Assembly (NCBI GenBank): GCA_964358425.1
Contig: CAYHON010000002.1
Span: 9,350 to 66,133 of the forward strand
Origin: an uncultured Candidatus Saccharibacteria bacterium
Lineage (GTDB): Bacteria; Patescibacteriota; Minisyncoccia; Sungbacterales; HO2-52-23
Direction: 5' to 3'
DNA: 56,784 nucleotides
In this document: positions 53,722 to 56,784 of the stretch, one piece after another
Position numbering within the stretch: the first letter of the stretch is position 1
Layout: the number at the start of each line of letters is the position of its first letter
The notes under the pieces: model-generated
What the model was told of the DNA's origin: nothing
What the model saw: the letters and a program-made list of their open reading frames with translations, nothing else
Databases searched by the model: none
Translations under genes and position numbers: made by a program

Positions 53722-55317
53722 TTATTCTTGCTTAAATTTTATTTTGGAGGGGTTGCCGGGGGCGCTGGATATCCAAGGAGGGAAAAAGGAAGTACGAAAA
53801 TCGGCCAGCTCGGCGCGGTTTTTAAGGAATTCATTTATCGACCCTTCTTTTTGCCCTTTCAGTATTTGAGCCAAGTCTGAGTCCATAACTTGCGCCTGGG
53901 TTTTGATGGAGCCGTTCAGAGCGACGGCCGCCTTGCCTTTGTTGAAATCGGCATTTTGGACCTGATAACTAAAAGCGGCTGAATCTTCCAAAAGTTTTAG
54001 CGAGGAGACGTCTTTAAGCAAAAGCTCCTTGGAAAGATAAACCATATCGCTTTCCTTGAAAATTAGAACCCTGCCTCGGGCTCCGGCCTCTACGGCAAAA
54101 GTATCAGCCCGGATGTTTTCCGGCGGATAATTCATCTTGACTATTTGAATTTCCCTCAAGCCGTCTACCAGCTTGAAGCCAACAGGTATTTTTTTATCCA
54201 TCTCTGTTTTTAATTCTTCATAAGCCTGCTTAGTTACCTGTTCCTGGGCTTTTTTCAGATCATCTTTGGAAACAACCTTGGTGTTGCCCTTAAACCCCCC
54301 GTTGAAACCTGTGCCGGCCACCGCATAAAAGCCGTCATATTTAGGATTTCCTTTAAAACCCGCTATCTTCAGGCGGATTTCTTTATCAGTATTAAAACTT
54401 TCACCGGGCTGGTCGGCCGCTAAAGCGGCCTCTAAAAACTTCGGCTTTATTTGTCCTTCCTCTATGGTGGCTCCCGGTACGGTGACCGTAGATACCAGCC
54501 GATAAATAGCGCCGTTGTCGGTGACAAAGCGGGTGGAGGACACCAGCTTCTGCGGAGAGGAGCTATATCCGTTATATATTTTCACTTTGCCCGACGCTTT
54601 TTCCTCTACGTATTTGGTGGCGGTGGTCGGGAAGGTCTTGCTTATTTTTTTGGAGAACTCTAAAAGCTCGGCCGGAATTATTTTTGAAGCAACCATGACC
54701 TGCGAGACCGAGGTGTCCAGAGTGGTTACTATATTTTGGAGGGACAGGCTTTCCACTCTCGGCTTGAAGGTTACGGTCAGACTGGCAAAAACCGTAGACA
54801 GCAGGATTACTATGGCCAAAAAAGAAACCGCTCCAGTCCATATCCCAAATTTCTTACCCCTGGGAAGCCGCTTTTTCTTGGGACGGATTAGGTGTTCTTT
54901 TTGTGGCGAGGCATGTTCGAAGAATTTTTCGGTAAAAATATTCTCGGCGGCGGATTCATCCTCGCCTGATGCACAGCGGACCTCCATCGGCTCCGGTGAC
55001 GGCCGGGCTGATTCCCTACCAAATTCAGTATTTCCTCTTGCAACATCCAGTCGCGCATTCATTCTACTGAACTCAGTACTTTCTCGTATCTTCATGCTCG
55101 GCCATCGCTCCTCAACCGCCTCTATAATAGGTTTTTCAAAAAAATCCGCTTTCGGCTCCGGGATAAAAGTTTTGACGGGAGGCTCCGGTATTATTTCCTC
55201 TTCCATAATGACGGGCTCGGGTTTTTTCAAAGGAGCAAGACGAATAACCCGGGTGGAAGGTCGGGGCTGTCTTTGCAGGCGGATGCCGTCGGAATTGTTT
55301 TTATCTTTTTGGGCCAT
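53722..55317 (-). CDS. Hypothetical single-pass membrane protein (large extracytoplasmic domain)
   Basis: 531 aa. It has a charged/Pro-rich N-terminus, a TM segment (IWTGAVSFLAIVILLSTVFASL) and then about 330 aa with no recognised motif. Its start overlaps the stop of the upstream actin-like ATPase gene. Confidence 0.5.
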   Translation of the reverse strand: MAQKDKNNSDGIRLQRQPRPSTRVIRLAPLKKPEPVIMEEEIIPEPPVKTFIPEPKADFFEKPIIEAVEERWPSMKIRESTEFSRMNARLDVARGNTEFGRESARPSPEPMEVRCASGEDESAAENIFTEKFFEHASPQKEHLIRPKKKRLPRGKKFGIWTGAVSFLAIVILLSTVFASLTVTFKPRVESLSLQNIVTTLDTSVSQVMVASKIIPAELLEFSKKISKTFPTTATKYVEEKASGKVKIYNGYSSSPQKLVSSTRFVTDNGAIYRLVSTVTVPGATIEEGQIKPKFLEAALAADQPGESFNTDKEIRLKIAGFKGNPKYDGFYAVAGTGFNGGFKGNTKVVSKDDLKKAQEQVTKQAYEELKTEMDKKIPVGFKLVDGLREIQIVKMNYPPENIRADTFAVEAGARGRVLIFKESDMVYLSKELLLKDVSSLKLLEDSAAFSYQVQNADFNKGKAAVALNGSIKTQAQVMDSDLAQILKGQKEGSINEFLKNRAELADFRTSFFPPWISSAPGNPSKIKFKQE

Positions 55318-56495
55318 TATTGATGGCTGTCTTTATATATCAAAGCGGCTAAATTAAAATCTTCCGGTCCCTGAAGAGCTCCCCCCAAAGAATCGCCGCT
55401 AAACACCGAGTCTCCCCGCAGGATATTTACCTTGGGGTACTCTACATAAGAGAAATTTTTAATCCAATTTCCCCTGATTACCGAATTTACTTCAGGCATA
55501 TTGGCTCCTCCTCCGATAATTATAACCTGAGGAGGTAGAGGACCAAAATGGTAGAAATTTTCAAGAATTTTTATAAACATTTTTTTCCATATCTCCGCCT
55601 CGCAGCGGATAAAATTATGGAGCTGTTTTTGGGTGTCTTGGCTGACAATTCCCTGAGAGTACTGCCGTTTCAGGTCTTCGGCTTCCTCAAAAGATATGGA
55701 GGCTATTTTAGAAATTCCTCTAAGGAAATGTCTTCCTCCCAGAGGAAAAAAGTTGACATGTTCCAATGAGCCGTTTTTAAGAAGCGTTACGGCGGTGGTC
55801 TCTCCGCCGATGTCTATCACCAAGGAGTTGTGTATTTCCAATACTTTAGTCAGGACTTCTTTTTGTGCCAAAAAGCTCGGATAAAAATAAATTTTCAGAC
55901 CGCTCAATCCCTTTTTAACCATATCCAGCGTAGTAGCTATTTCTTGGCTAGCCCGGCGTTCGGTCGCCCTAGGGCTGGCTGGACGCATAACCATGGTTTT
56001 GAAAGAAAATTCTGTATTTGGGGGGAAAGTTGTTGCGGTATGTCTGAGGGGATAACCGTTTAGATAGGAGTCCAGAAGAAATGCGTCTATAATTTCCGGA
56101 TGTTTTTTTTTATTTTCCTGCAGGATTTTGGCAAATTGATTATAAAAGGCTCCGTCATTTTGGCTACTGCCGGAAAATCGGGCAGACCAATTTTCTATGT
56201 TTAAAGCAACTATATCGGGACCAAGTCCTATGGTTATGGTGTCCGGGTGATGCTCCGAGCTTTTAATCATCTCCTGGATGAAATCCGGCAATTTTTTAAC
56301 TATCCAGCCTACATATTCGTCAGGAGTAGGTTTGTCAGTATCGGGAAAGACAGGCGACTTAACCGTTTTCCTATCCAAGACAATAGGATTTTTTCCTATT
56401 ATCACCTCAAAAACAACACCTTTAAGCGAGTGGGTGCCTACGTCTATGGCTATTTTCCTTGGGCCGTATTTTTTCAAAATTTTCCCAAAGATCAT
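55317..56495 (-). CDS. FtsA/PilM-family actin-like ATPase
   Basis: Motifs KIAIDVGTHSLKGVVFE (phosphate 1), VIDIGGETTAVTLLKNGSL (phosphate 2) and IIIGGGANMPE (adenosine). Confidence 0.7.
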   Translation of the reverse strand: MIFGKILKKYGPRKIAIDVGTHSLKGVVFEVIIGKNPIVLDRKTVKSPVFPDTDKPTPDEYVGWIVKKLPDFIQEMIKSSEHHPDTITIGLGPDIVALNIENWSARFSGSSQNDGAFYNQFAKILQENKKKHPEIIDAFLLDSYLNGYPLRHTATTFPPNTEFSFKTMVMRPASPRATERRASQEIATTLDMVKKGLSGLKIYFYPSFLAQKEVLTKVLEIHNSLVIDIGGETTAVTLLKNGSLEHVNFFPLGGRHFLRGISKIASISFEEAEDLKRQYSQGIVSQDTQKQLHNFIRCEAEIWKKMFIKILENFYHFGPLPPQVIIIGGGANMPEVNSVIRGNWIKNFSYVEYPKVNILRGDSVFSGDSLGGALQGPEDFNLAALIYKDSHQ

Positions 56496-56539
56496 GTATA
56501 TATTGTAACACTCAACTAAAAGAATACAATTGCAATCTA

Positions 56540-56784
56540 TTAAGAAATTGTCGCCCGGATTCTTCTTATGCCGGCTGAAGAAGATTCTTCTTTGATGATT
56601 TTAAAATGTCCTATTTCTCCCGTATGGGCCACGTGCGGTCCGCCGCAAAGCTCGCGGGAGAATATTTCTTCCCCCCGGCCTATGGAATATACCTTTACCA
56701 TTTCCGGATAATGTCCTTTATAGAAAAACAGAGCTCCGGATTTTTTCGCTTCTTCAAAAGGCGTTTCTTTTTCCGTGACCGGAT
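56540..56784 (-). CDS. alaS: Alanyl-tRNA synthetase / AlaX-type editing domain, C-terminal end (5' part outside the window)
   Basis: My own translation is ...YSIGRGEEIFSRELCGGPHVAHTGEIGHFKIIKEESSSAGIRRIRATIS*. This is the ELCGG.HV..TGEIG.FKI motif of the AlaRS second additional domain. Confidence 0.7.
   Translation of the reverse strand, partial: PVTEKETPFEEAKKSGALFFYKGHYPEMVKVYSIGRGEEIFSRELCGGPHVAHTGEIGHFKIIKEESSSAGIRRIRATIS

Overview
The window reads as a chromosomal segment from a small-genome, gene-dense bacterium. Gene content and the SD-poor starts suggest, by inference only, a Patescibacteria/CPR-like organism. The standard genetic code fits all long ORFs. About 90% of genes are on the minus strand and most are housekeeping. 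These include obg, tRNA-Gln, dnaX, alr, serS, lysS, greA, mreBCD plus PBP2, proS, a sigma-70 factor, gap, trxB, split transketolase, gdh, pgi/pmi and a thiol-redox trio. They also include rseP, tlyA, frr, holB, a second mreB, murA, and an infA-rpmJ-rpsM-rpsK-rpsD-rpoA-rplQ-rplM-rpsI block.

Accessory or AT-rich insertions are:
- a methyltransferase/Mrr-nuclease fusion wedged between the two transketolase genes
- a RelE-like toxin-antitoxin pair
- a HicB-like gene beside the tRNA
- a decayed FMN-reductase
- a Cys-rich gene split into three pieces by two homopolymer frameshifts
- a VirD4/TraD-like ATPase

The signals I consider most unusual are non-coding:
1. A family of five roughly 80-nt heptad-repeat hairpins that exactly fill intergenic spacers of the ribosomal-protein operon and end at the start codons.
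2. Two GC-rich structured-RNA islands (about 3.7-4.0 kb and about 11.96-12.4 kb) whose class I cannot settle by eye.
3. A self-contained GC-rich mini transcription unit with promoter, strong SD, 36 codons and terminator.
4. Several families of long inverted-repeat (REP/MITE-like) elements sitting inside operons.

All functional calls come from motif recognition in the supplied translations or my own translations. No database search was run.
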